64,000 bases of DNA from Dimorphilus gyrociliatus (taxonomy: Eukaryota > Animalia > Annelida), in NCBI GenBank assembly GCA_904063045.1, contig CAJFCJ010000006.1:3550408-3614407 (forward strand), read 5' to 3'. Shown piece after piece: positions 1 through 12,586 of the stretch (its first letter is position 1; every line of letters begins with the position of its first letter). A program made the translations under genes and the position numbers. The notes under the pieces are model-generated. The model was not told the DNA's origin and made no database searches. It worked only from the letters and a program-made list of their open reading frames with translations.

Positions 1-1118
1 CTCACCTAGTCTAATTATTTACTTCAGTGGCACTTGAAAGACCTCTACCGGAAGTTAACTCAATAATCAACTCATTATTCAACTTTTTGTCCATTTTTTA
101 TTGCTAAAGTTGAAAAAAAAACTTGAAGAAATTTACTTATCCATAATTATATCATCATAAGTAATAAGAAAAAAAGAAACGTGAGCTGTAATTAGCGTCT
201 TATCATCTTCTTTAAACCTATTAGTAGCCAATGTTTTATTATATTCCTTATTCATCTTCTCCCCACATATATAGACTTGGATTGTTCTCTTTATAATGGA
301 AATTTTCAATTCTAACTATATTCTTATCTATTCGTTTAATCGTCGTACTGCTTCTTCCAATAACTTTTTTGTCTTCATCTCTTTCATGTATCATGTTCAG
401 TTTTCTCTTTCTCTTGACCGCTTATTAATCAGATAGGAAAAGAATAGAGAAAAACGAACTAAAAAGGCGTATCGAGAATCTTTGTCTTTCTAAAGACTAA
501 AGAACAAGGAATATAGGAAAAGCGTAGAAAAGAGTTAGTTTAAAAATCTTTCATATCTTGAATAATTTCATTACATTATCATCAAAAGGAAAAGGGAAAA
601 ATGAAACTAAAAATACATCCAATATATGAAGCATAGTTTGCCAATAAGGATTCTATATAGAATATTTTTCAACGATGACTACTTTGTACAACATATATAA
701 ATTATTTTAAATTGAAATTAGATGCAGCAATAATCCTACAATCATTTTTAGCGCTTATTAGACTAGTTTAGTATGACCTTGTTATAGTCTTAGCTTACTA
801 TACCTCTTTTGTTCCTTTGGTTGTAAACACTTCCTCTTTTTTATCAATAGAGTTTTTTGTCTTTCTATGGTCGAATTTTATAAAAAAAAAAATTAAAATT
901 CTATCTTTTTTTAGTTTATTATCTCTTTCCATATCGATAATGTGTAATTGGTTATCAAAAAGTTGAAGGTAATATGTCTCGTCCTACTTTGGACCATCTA
1001 GTCTCTTATTAATAGTATTATAAATATTCTGTAAATCAATATATATTTTATTATTTATAAAAGATACATACAGCAGCAAGAGTCAATACAAACAGAAAAA
1101 AAATACCTTTTTCGGCTA

Positions 1119-3072
1119 TTAACATGAGCTAAAGTCCCACAACTTGACAGTTTTATCATAGGAGCCAGACACAATCATTTTATCATTAAATTGAATGCAG
1201 GTAACGCCGTCTGAATGCTTTTTAAGGGTTACCAATCTCTTACCATTTGTCGAACTCCATATTTTTATTGTTTTATCATCTGAGGCACTTACCATTCTCC
1301 ATCTATCTGTTTGTATACATCTTACAACCCCAGTATGGCCTTCCGACGCCATCCAATCGATCGTTTTAGCGCAAGTATCGTTTTCCCAAAATTTTATTGT
1401 ACAATCAACACTGCCACTTATGATCCTTTTATAATCCAATTGTACGCACGTAACAGCATCGGCGTGACCAATTAGAGTACCTATACAACGACCGTCTCTC
1501 CAGATTTTAATAGTTTTATCGCACGATCCACTAACGATAGTCTCTTCGTTCTGCTGAACGCATAGGACCGCTGCGTCATGACCAGCTAGCGTCTGAACGC
1601 ACTCCCTTGTGGTCATATCCCAAACTTTTAAAGTTTTATCATAAGAGCCACTTACCAATCTCGAATCGTGAACGCTAACACATCTTACAGCGTCTGTATG
1701 ACCCTGGAGAGTAGCCCTACAAGCAATGCTACTCCAAGTTAAGCTATCAGATAGATCCCAGATTTTTATTGTGCAATCTGTAGAACCACTAACCAATTGA
1801 TTGGCACATAAATAAAGGCACCTTACGGTTCCGGAGTGTCCAACAAGCGTTTGGACAGCTAAGTGACTGTTTGTTCTCATATTCCAAACTTTAATAGTTT
1901 TGTCACTAGATCCACTAACTATTCGTGTTTCGTCAAACTGAACACACGAAACACCCTGCGTGTGGCCTTCAAATGTTCTGACATGACATCTTCCAGTCAA
2001 CCAATTATTCCTAATACGATAACGTTCAGCAAAAGCGGCTTTCCAGTCTAATATAGTAGAATTAGCTTTTTTATCGATAAAGGCAAATAGGCGATCAGGT
2101 GAGGATGTTGCCCATTCGGGTCTATTACAGAGTGCTTTCCATAGTGAAACGTCATCAGCAGCGTCCTTCCACGCTTTAGACGCCTGACAACATCGGCAGA
2201 GACTTACAACATCTAAGTACGAAAAAATATGCAAACAAAGAGATCTCGGCAACCATTGGACAAAATCATTTCCAAGTTCTAGGCCATCTACTACATCCTT
2301 CATGAGAAGTAATTGGGTTGGTTCACAGTCATCTAATATTTCCTTAATTAATAAACTCCTTTGCTGACTGTTCGACTGCTTAAACCACTGTTTGATTTTC
2401 TATAAATAAAATAATAAAAAATAATGAGTAAGATATAAAGATTAAATATTTAAAATAAAGGCTGTATGAAAAGAATAATAAAGAAAACAAAGAGAATATG
2501 ACAAAGCTAATGAAGAAGGGGGTGACGATTAATGTCGATAACGAAGAAGAAATAAAAGAATGTTATAAATTCTTACGTGTATGTATAAATTAAAAAAAAA
2601 AGAATAACATTAACAATTATAAATGCCGGCATAATAGAATATAGATTGTTATTTGATAAAATAGCCTTTCTATATTTAGCATATACACTAGACAAATAAC
2701 TCTTATCCTATACGATGAATACAAAATGAATAAAAATTCTGTGGACAGTATCGTAAGTAAAGCAACCTATTGAGCTCAATAGCAATGAAAGAACTCCAAT
2801 TACTTTAATATTGAAAAATTTCTAAGAGAATATCATCAATTTGTTTATTAATGTCAGCAGGGTTGTTAAGGTGTGGGTGTAATTAAAAATAAACTAACTT
2901 GTAACCGAATTTTAAACACATGCTCCGGAGTGTTTTCACATCTGCAGGAAGCTTGGTTAACCCTCTTCTCCAGTTTATTATGAGCCAAACAAACACCGTC
3001 CTGCCTTTCAGAAGGGCTGCAAGAACAGCACGAAACACAGTGGCACTTTCTGTGATCGCACGTCACTTGCAT
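1119..3072 (-). CDS. F-box/WD40-repeat protein (SCF substrate receptor; Fbw7/beta-TrCP/Met30-like architecture)
   Basis: Two coding exons, 2899-3072 (MQVTCDHRKC...VFKIRLQ, donor CAA|gttagt) and 1119-2399 (acceptor tttatag|AAAATC, phase 0, 427 codons). Contains a D-domain-like segment (KQWFKQ...LIKEIL), an F-box (LPRSLCLHIFSYLD...W) and seven GH...WD-type repeats. The exact orthologue is unclear. Confidence 0.9.
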
Positions 3073-4128
3073 AACAACCTTTTCAAATATTTAATCAATT
3101 TACTTCTAGATTCATTACATCTTTTTGGATTTGCAGAGAAATTGTCTCTCACTACCAGTTCCTTTCCCTTTTCTTGATAAACTACCTATTCGGATCACTC
3201 TAATCACGATGTCGTCTGCTAAAATTATTGTTGGAAAACGCCACCTGCTGTATATACTATTATATAATTTTATGCTATTTTGATTACTTTCAATCTACTA
3301 AAATAGATAGCTCTTGTATAAAATATTAATAAATATTATATTTATTAAATTTTCCTATCTAAAAGGTTAAAGGTAGTATAAAAAGGAATTATCTTTCTTC
3401 TTTTCTCTCCCCTACTCTCTCACCCACACCCCCTCTCTTTTTTTATATTCTATAAAAAGAAAAATTCATGTCATACACATAGTTAATTAACTTTTGATAT
3501 TGCTAATTTAAATAATGAATATTTATTACTAGGCTATGAAGTCATATTTGTTTTAATTTATAACTTTTTAATTGAAAATATTGATATTTTCGTCAATCTA
3601 CGAAATATAGAATTTTCTTGTTTGAATAATTAATAATTTCAGTTTAAGTTACTTATCAATCTATTTATGAACTTCGTCATTCGATCTCTATTTTTATATA
3701 GAATAATCATTTTTCAATTGTTAAACGTGAGGAAAAAAAAAAAGAAGGAATTTTACTGCATATTTATAAATGAAAAAAGAACGTTCTCAATAATTTAAGA
3801 TCTAATCCATTAGAAAATCATTTATACCGTGTAATTATAGTTCAAAATAGAGAAAAAAACTATTACTTCTTAAGTGTGCTATTTTCTATTTTTACTATCT
3901 TATAAAGTATTCATCCGCAAATACATATATAAGTATTATAATAAATATTAATGAGTTTCAGTTAAATATAACTTCAAGTTTGTTAAGTTTTGCTTTTCTC
4001 TTTGTTTTATAAGAAAAAAAATTACTCTGTAAATTTATTCAAGCTCTCTCTCTATTCAAAAGATTCATAAGTTCTTTTCTTTTCCATTCTATTTATAGGA
4101 AACATTTTGTCTTTTCATTCAATTTTTT

Positions 4129-5555
4129 TTACCAGTAATCCATGCCTATTCCAAATTGGAAACCGTGAACAATTCTATCTCCATGTTTAGCTCGGAGAGG
4201 TAAGCAGTAATTCATTTCAATTCTAGCCATATTGGATAAATTCATAACTAGGCCCAATCCACAGGTTCCTCTTAAGTTGTCCCACAGACTAGCCATCTTT
4301 GTTATATTTCCTACTGATGCAAAATTTGCAAAATAATGAAGTTTAAGTGCTCTTGAAAAGTTTGAATCTCCATTCAAAAAAGGCAAAGGCGTGTAGAAAT
4401 TTACGCTAGCGCCAGCGTAGCTTTCAATGCCTAAACTATGACCATTTTCTTGATTCCCCGCTCCGTTTAGAGTAAAACCTCTTAAAGTTAAAGGTCCACC
4501 CAGATAAAATCTATCATTCAGTGAGGGCTTGTCGAAATTTTTCAAAAATCCGGTCGACATTGAAAAGTGAAGAGCAGTATTGAAGAATAAACTTTTTATA
4601 TAGTGGAAATCAAGCGACTGTTTTAAAAACTTAACATCTCCTCCGAATCCAGCTATTTCCTGTTTTGTTTGAAGAAGTGAGCCATTAGTCGGTAAAATTG
4701 GATTATCTCTTAAATCTCTCTTCAACGTGTGGCTTATTGCAGACTGAAATGTAGAAGAAAATTGCATCATTTTATCGAAATATTTTTATTTATAGAATTG
4801 ATTTTTACTTTGAATCTATGACCAGCAAATTCTCTTATGCCTAACGATACTTCACTATCCAAGCATTCGGTGAGGTTCCAAAATCCTTCATATTTTAGAG
4901 AATGTTGACCAACAAACGAGGGAAATTCTAAACTAATTGATGGGCCTACAGTTTTTTCTCTAGTACCATTCCAAGCAAAATCCCTTCCATATTTGAGAGT
5001 TGATAGTAAAACATTCCAGTCAGGGTTGTAAAAAAGGGGCAATTTTAAATGACTTCCAAAGCCAGATGTGTTCTTTGATCCGAAAGAATAGTCAAACGTT
5101 AGGCTCTCTCCACAGCCGAATAAATTAGGAAAATTAAGGTTGAACAGGAGACTTCCTTCGTTTGTTCCAACTAAACTACTGACACCTAAGAAGAAAAGGG
5201 CCATAAGTTAGAGTTATACCTTAATTAAAACATGATAAATACTACCTCCTTTTACAAATTTCTCTTCAACTACATCAAACGTAACATCATATTTTGTTTT
5301 ATCAACGGCATGGCCTCCTTTAGAGTGAACATCAATGTAAACATCAACTTTTTTAAATATTCCGGTTCGGCTTAGAGTGTCCTTAGACTTTTTTATTTGT
5401 GATACTAATTGCTCGAAGTTAGTTGCATCAAAAATCAACTTTAGATTAGCTAATAGTTGCTTAGAGCTTGTTCTCTTCACCCCAGTAACATGAACATTTT
5501 CTACTTTTACAGGAGTTTCATTGAAAGGAAGTTTTACAGTAGGGTCATTTGGCAT
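4129..5555 (-). CDS. SAMM50: Mitochondrial sorting and assembly machinery component Sam50 (Omp85 family)
   Basis: Exons 5246-5555, 4809-5185 and 4129-4743, with 60 and 65 nt GT-AG introns in consistent phase. POTRA domain (VHVTGVKRT...), NLFGCGE, DRFYLGGPLTLRGF, ARIEMNYCLPL, and C-terminal FQFGIGMDYW. Confidence 0.95.
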
Positions 5556-5682
5556 GTTTCAACGAGTTGAGTAAAACACTCGCTAGCAATTATAACAGTT
5601 TTCATTGACTCAAATAGAGCTATAATTGTTATAGTTTAGCATTGGAAATTAAAAATGGAGACTGCGAGCCACACACTGAACT

Positions 5683-5691
5683 AAAATGGCG
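5683..5691. promoter_or_regulatory. YY1-like motif in the SAMM50/RPS19BP1 bidirectional promoter
   Basis: AAAATGGCG between two head-to-head ATGs 294 nt apart. A similar AGATGGCG lies at 49620 between MOSMO and CBY1. Confidence 0.45.
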
Positions 5692-5848
5692 TCGTTCACA
5701 TACGAACAAAATTAGTTCGCCTTCTTTGCCAACCTAAGGGCCATCGATTGAAATTGTCACTGTATTCGGTCTTTTGAAATAAACTCATTAATTTGAAATT
5801 AATAAAATCAATTTGTAAAGTATCATCGCCGTTATCAAGAAGATCTCA

Positions 5849-6437
5849 ATGAGCTCTAAATTATTAAAGAAAAGTCTACAATTAGCTGAAGAGGAGTTTA
5901 CAAACACTACTAGTAAGCTCTACCACGAGCACACATATTATCACTCAAGTCTATTAACAATTTTTCAGATGTAAAAAAACAGAAAGATCTACCTTCAAGT
6001 GAAAAAGGACTTTCAAAAAAGAAAAAAAATAAGCTGAAAAAGAAACAATATCTCCATCAAGGTTTAAATTATTAATTTATCTATCAAGCTTAAATTCAAT
6101 TAATGTCTATATCTTCAGGAGTCCAATTCAGGAAGAAACAAAAAGCTAAAAAGAATTACTCTGAAGAAAATGCTGATTTACTAAATTGTATAACAGAATT
6201 CTCAAATTCAACAACGGAAGGCGCCGAACAGGTGATAACTAATAACAAATTTCCACTTTATATAAAAACAGTTTAAATGATCTGTCAAAAAAAAAATAAC
6301 GTCCCATTTACTTAAATCGATTTTTAATGGATGACAAGATAAAAGAAGCAATTTTATTCTCATTTTTTTTATGTGTTAAACATCATCATTTCTCTTTACA
6401 GCTTCTGGACAGATTACAAGAACTTCAAAAAAGATGA
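5849..6437 (+). CDS. RPS19BP1: Small basic protein resembling RPS19-binding protein 1 / AROS
   Basis: Not in the ORF track. Four phase-consistent GT-AG exons give ~100 aa: MSSKLLKKSLQLAEEEFTNTT / DVKKQKD...KKKQYLHQ / GVQFRKKQKAKKNYSEENADLL...EQ / LLDRLQELQKR*. The N-terminal MSxxLL(K/R)(K/R)xLxL and the 'xxYxxEN' segment recall AROS. Head-to-head with SAMM50. Confidence 0.55.
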
Positions 6438-7042
6438 AAATAAAGATTATAAAGTAATTAGCATTATTGTAAATTGCTCTTCGTAAATATTATACTTGTT
6501 ATATATTCGTTTAAAATATATTAAATATAATAATATATTTATATAGTTTCTAAGTGAAATACTCTGTTTTAGAGAAAGCCAATTAGGGATACTCTTTTAA
6601 AGAGAAAATAATGGCAGTAATGGTGCAATAATCCGATTATTTTAAAAGTTCAAGCAGCTTTTACGTAATTATTGAATACTTTTATTATCTTTCAGTTATA
6701 AAAATAGAAATTTCTATCAAAATTTAAGAAGACAAAAAATACTATAAAAGATTAATTAAATAGAATACAATTTGTATTTCTTGAATCAATTGATTGGTAC
6801 AAAAAAGAAAGAGGAGAAAAGAAAAAACAGAACATTTTATATAATAGAGACCGATAATCTATCTAGTATCATTGTTTTTCGAAATTAAAATAAATAATTG
6901 ATTTTTGTTTTAAATGGCAAGTCCAATTTGTACTGTCAGGAGTATTTCATCGTTAACGAATATTAACAAAATTGTATAAATCAGTCTTTTGGCATATCTG
7001 AAAAAAAAAACAGACAAAAAAAAATGCTAACAAGGCGAATTG

Positions 7043-10000
7043 TTAAACGTTCGTTGATAATCGACTGTCCGGTCTTGCTGCTGGTAAATAGGACTGTTTT
7101 ATAGCGTCCGGATAATGTTGATCGTATATAAAATCTCCCGGGTATGTTGAATAATCCCAGTGTTCTGAGTAGTTAGATAGATCGCAGATATTCTGAAAGA
7201 GATTTAATACGTATATGGCATGTTTATTTCGATTTGTTATGCTATTTAAAAGTCATACGTCGTCAGGAAAAGTATCTTTCTTGTCAACATCAACAACGTT
7301 CTTGATTGGCTCGACATGCATTGGCGTCGTACTAGCATTTGAATCTGTAACGGTCAAGAGAAGGCAATTTGATATTGTGACAGGTGCTTGTTTGTCAACT
7401 TTACCTGAACTACTATGTTGCCTAAGTTTGCAGGAAACGATAATTACGATCAACAAAATAACTACTAATAATCCAGCCATTGAGCCGATCAAAATATACT
7501 TTAAATCAGGCGATTCTAGAAAGACAAATAAAAAAAACAATGATTTTAATGTATATTTAAGAAGAGAGAGAGAGAGAGAGAGAAAAGCGTGTATTTACTT
7601 GTTTCTTCGAAATTGATTAGTTTCCAATCGGAACCCAATTGGTTATATACTGTGCAATTATATTCCCCAAAATCGCTAGATTGTAATTCAGTAAAAGTTA
7701 AAGTATATTTGGCGCCGCCCAATATCTTTTCTACTTTTGATACAAGCCTATCTAAGGAAGAAACTGGAACGGTTTTGCCATTTTTCAACATTATAAAACG
7801 ATAAGGATCTGGCTGAGCTAATGCTGTACACGTAAGACTTCCCTTAGCCTTGTATTCTCCAGTTTGTGTTAACTTGGAAATTATATTGGGTTTATCTAAG
7901 GAGGTTTAAAGTTTAAGATTAATAATGCATTATTTCTATTAAAAAAATGAGAAAAGTCTCTTACGTTTTTGAAATACGTGCATATCCCTTGATACGTTGG
8001 GAAAACGTACTGAAACTGCGGTGCATACGTATTTGCCCAATTTTGAAGGAGAATCAACTGTAAACCTATAACTTTCACCTGAAAATACGAAAGAAAACTG
8101 TAATGAATATCGTAATATATATACTTTACTGTATATAATATGAAAAAGAACGAAATTAGATAACAGATAAAAATAGGCGGGAGAGGGAGAGGGGGAGGGG
8201 TTAAGATTTTGAAGGGTAAGAATTATTCTTAGTATGCATAGCATATACAGTATTAAATACAATTTATTAAAGGGAAAGGGGCGGTGATATTATGTAAATT
8301 CGGCTGGTCAGTAAAATTTAACGGATGGCTGAGCTGAATTTTTCTCATTTTCTATTGCTATGCGACACTGCATATATTCAATAGTTTCCTCTATCCAATA
8401 TTCAATAAGTATTGTCCCTCTTTAGGTAGTTATTAATCTTCTAACACATCATTTTCCGTCTGTTCTTATAAGAACTTAATGTCTTTTTTTCGACAATCCA
8501 TTTTTTTTCTTTTTACAAGCGTTATTTATGTTTTTTAGATAGTATATTTAATGGCAATGATTTAATGATAGAATGACAAACGAGGGCAAACGGGTATGAG
8601 GTTCGGAGTGATGTGGGAAACGTGGGGGAATATTTAAGAAAATAAACTAAATGTATGTCGGCTGTTAATTATCCTCTATACATTTCGCGGTTCAGTCAAT
8701 TTTTAATCTTTACACTTCAAATAGAGCGTATTAATCGGATTAATTCGAACGAATTAAACTTGTCCAATTTGTACCTACCTGCATGTACGTTTCTGCCGTC
8801 CTTTGTCCAATAAACTATTGCTGTCGGATAGGCGTCCACTTTACAATTTAATTCGACGCTTTCACTCATCGTCAAATTAATTTGAACGGGTTTGGCATCA
8901 TTCAAAAACCGTGGGGGGTCTGTAAATGAAACAGTAACTATTAATTGAAGTTTTAACCGATTATCCAACTCTCTAATAAGATTTATCCTTAAATTTACTG
9001 ACTTTTACTCTAACTTAAAAAGAATTAAAAAGCTTTATTATCCAATGATTATCCAACTTAAAGTTTATAAGAGTAATCCTTTAGATAAGACCTAATAATT
9101 TTTTTGTTTTATTAACAGAGTAGATTTGTAAGGAGGAGATAAAGAAGAAGAAGAAGAAGAAGAAGCAAAATGCTTAGTATATATAATTAGTCGATAACCT
9201 ATGTAAACTCGTTATTCTCTATCTTATTCTTCAATCTATGAAGATATCCACTGTATAGTAATATAAATAATAGATTATGGAATAAACATTGATGTAATAA
9301 GGCAAGAAAAACATATTTATCTATGTTACAAACATAAATAGAGAGATATATAGTAATTGTTACTGTTTATATTATATCTATACATTATTTAAACTGTATA
9401 TAGTTTATTAGAAAACTAATAAACAGTTGAATATTTAAATATTGTTCGGATAATTGTTTTTCTTTGTTTGTTACCTGTTTTCTTTCAACATTGAAAACAC
9501 ATATGTTTTTGTTAAAGCATAATTAAATTACATTGTATAGGTGGCGCTGACAAATTCTCCAGAGCACTTTCATAGAAATATGAAAAATATTCCCAATGAA
9601 ACAAAGTAATTGTGTAAAGTGATAAGTCTTGGAATCTTGGTTTTTTGTTATTTTTTGTTTTAATCGGTTGGAATCACCACAACCTTTGACTTTGCACCCT
9701 CTCTAAGTGGAAATCAAACTCGGACCATCACTTATCATTAATCAAGACAAACATTCCAAACCATACTCACATTGCACCATTAAAACCACTGATTTGCTTG
9801 CGTTGTCTACTCTATTATCGCCGAAACAGCTAAATTTCGTCGTGTGGTAGCGCCGTCTAGCGATAAATTTATACGTAGAAGTTCTAATATTAATTGAACT
9901 AGAGTTTTCTTTCCATCGCCAAACTGATACTTTCGGTTCACTTGTTGACCAGCATTCAATAGTGACAGTGTCATTTTCAGTCACGTGACCCTCAGGAGTT

Positions 10001-12586
10001 TGTCGGATGTGAATAGTCGGAGGAGATAAAATTTTAATAACAGCCGAACTCTCCAGAGATATACCAAGTTGTTTAGTTGCGTAATTGGTAGCAGTACACG
10101 TGACCTATAAAAGAAACAAAAAAAGAAATGCGAAATCTATTAAATTAATAACACTAGACAAACATTAACATATATATATATATATTATACATTTTAAACA
10201 CAATACAAAATGAACCTTTAAAGGAAGTTTGGACTTAAAAATCAATCCACACTTGGTAATTGTTATTCTTATATCAAATTAACTTAGATTTTCTTTATAA
10301 AAGTAGAAGATATATAATTAATAAAAGAACTACTTTTACTATATAAAATCTCTCTCTCTCTCTTTGTCTTTATTACTTTTAATTTTTTTATTTTGTTTGT
10401 CTTGTTTTTTTTTGACAAACAAAAAAAAACTCTCTGCAAAAATATTGATAAAAAACATATATATGTAACGATATAAAAAAAAGACGACGTAATCTCAATA
10501 TCGTCTAAAACAGGTATATTTATGCAAAAATAAGCAAACAGGATTACTATAATAATATCTTGTTTTCTCTAATTATCTTTGCTTTCAATTGAACAGTTTT
10601 AACGATTTTTTTCCTTGTCTCTCTCTCTCTCTCTCTCTCTCCTTCTCTTATTTGTATAGATTTATAATATTACCACTTTTTTTATTTATTTGTTATTACT
10701 TCGGTTATAATTATAGATTTTTAGGCCTATATATAGAGAGAAATGAAGTCGGGTGGAAGAGAAAGGAAATTTCGCATTGAGATTGTGATGCAATAAATTT
10801 AATGTGAATTATTTAATGATCCGTAGAAATCACTGACTTATCTATATAGAGGACAAGGAAGATTAGATAAGCTAATGAAAATGTGCTTTCCTCGAAAAAT
10901 TGCCTAGTAATACAGAGGACGTGGATGGAAAATGTATACAATTAGTTTGTAATATAAGCTTCTCTGACCGTCGAACTTACCCTAACGTTGTCTAAACTTC
11001 TGTCCAGATCAATTTCAAACTTGGCTGTAACGTTATGTAATTTGCTAATTTCTTCGCTAATTCCACTAGCCACCGAGAAGCTTCTTGTAGGTAGTAATGG
11101 CTGATTATCACCCACCTGTAATCTGATTACCGGAGGCGGTTTACCCAGATTCGCTGTACAAAATATTTCGACTTTTTCAACGCCTTCCTTACGTTTCTTT
11201 ATCAAAAATAGTTTATCGTGTTCTGCCGACGTTATCACTGGTTTTTCGGGTTTTATTGTAACGTTGATATAAGCAGCAACAGTTTCGATTGGCCTTTGGA
11301 ACTTATTATTCTTCCTTTGTATAAACTTCCACTTATAAAAACCGTCAGTTTTAATGGAAGGTTTTGGAATTCTTATGGTGAAGTCTCCTGGAATAACAAT
11401 GTTAATAATAGTGAATGTACTATATATTCCAATTGATTTGAATATGCAAAAAATGAGGCCAAACAATAAAATACATTCTAGAACGGCCAAAACGACTTTA
11501 AGACAACCAATTAATTAATTAATCAATTAATTATGAATACTCTACATTAACAAAATTTGGCATAGAAAAAGCAAAGCAGACTGAATTTTCCAATTAAACA
11601 ATTCCTTTGAGGGTAACGCATCTACCATTAAAGCCGTAATCAAACGAAATTTAGATAACCTTTTAAACTGTATACGTTAAAGTCACGTGATGGGGGTTTA
11701 TAGTGATTTTTGAATGGTATACCGACAAAAGGTAATTCATAGTCGATAGAAGAATCTCAATTGAGAAGAAGGCTCAATAATCTTTAAAGCGAAAGGTCGA
11801 AACGAGACGGGGAGGAAGAGAGGTGGGTGAAAGGCGTATCGTTAACATGATATACCTCTATAGTTCATTCCCCATACGCTAATCGGTAAATGAATAATCA
11901 AGCGGTTGATACAAGAAACTTCTGACGCTTATTAATAAGTTATGGACCGCTACACCGAGTCTAGAGGAAGAGTAAAACAATATCTTACCGTCATTCTCGT
12001 TACCAACAAACATCAACTCATCCTTAAGGGGACTATAGAATCCCGTTTCCTTGTGCCATATCATTAACTGATCTTTATGTAACTGGAAAGAATAAAAAAA
12101 GAGAATCTTCTATAATATAGCAATTCAGATGAATCCCTGCTGTTTCTCAAATAAACAGGTCAGAGGTTGCAAACGTCTCTGCTAGAGGCTATAACGCGTC
12201 ATTTCTTTCAAATATCATTATTTTTATGTATATTATTACAAATCTTTGGCCCAAGGCATTTTCTCTTTTGTTCTGGTAGATTTAATTGATGAAATGCATG
12301 ATTTCTTAAAGGTATTACAAGAAAATAATCGTATAGCCCCCCAGATCAGAGTTTACTTGGTAATTTTTTTAATTAAAAAGTTATTGCAAACCCTATAACA
12401 ATCTCATACCTGAGCGCTGCATGAATTGTCGCAATTCTCCACTTTACAACCCACTTGAACGGGTTTACCATTTTCCACGACTACGTCACCCCTTGGTGGA
12501 TCAACTATATTCACTTGTTGGCCAGTTAATGGTATTGAAAAGCATAGGCAAATAAAGAAGAGATTTAATAGACTCGCCGCTTTCAT
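7043..12586 (-). CDS. Kirre/Neph/SYG-1-type immunoglobulin superfamily adhesion protein (signal peptide, 5 Ig domains, TM, C-terminal PDZ-binding motif STNV)
   Basis: About 9 phase-compatible exons: signal peptide MKAASLLNLFFICLCFSIPLTG; Ig1 (...GDFTIRI...DGFY); CD80-like Ig2 (CTANLGKPPPVI); Ig3 (IECWSTSEP..WRW...FSCFGDN); Ig4 (LNCKVDAYP..YWTKDG..GKYVC); Ig5 (LTCTA...SSDFGEYNCTVYNQLG); TM ILIGSMAGLLVVILLIVIIVSC; last exon NICDLSN...RLSTNV* (stop 7043-7045). Confidence 0.78.
9143..9166. repeat. (GAA)n microsatellite
   Basis: Seen directly, in a Kirre-like intron. Confidence 0.9.

Noticed and set aside
11-94. Minus ORF MDKKLNNELIIELTSGRGLSSATE with nearby donors and a CCGGAAGT motif
   Set aside because: It could be the first exon of a gene beyond the window, but it is too short to support from this sequence alone.
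1195-2051. Plus-strand ORFs inside the F-box gene, and similar antisense ORFs in CYP, SPATA5, V0a and TCTN2
   Set aside because: Shadow frames of well-supported genes on the opposite strand or in another frame.
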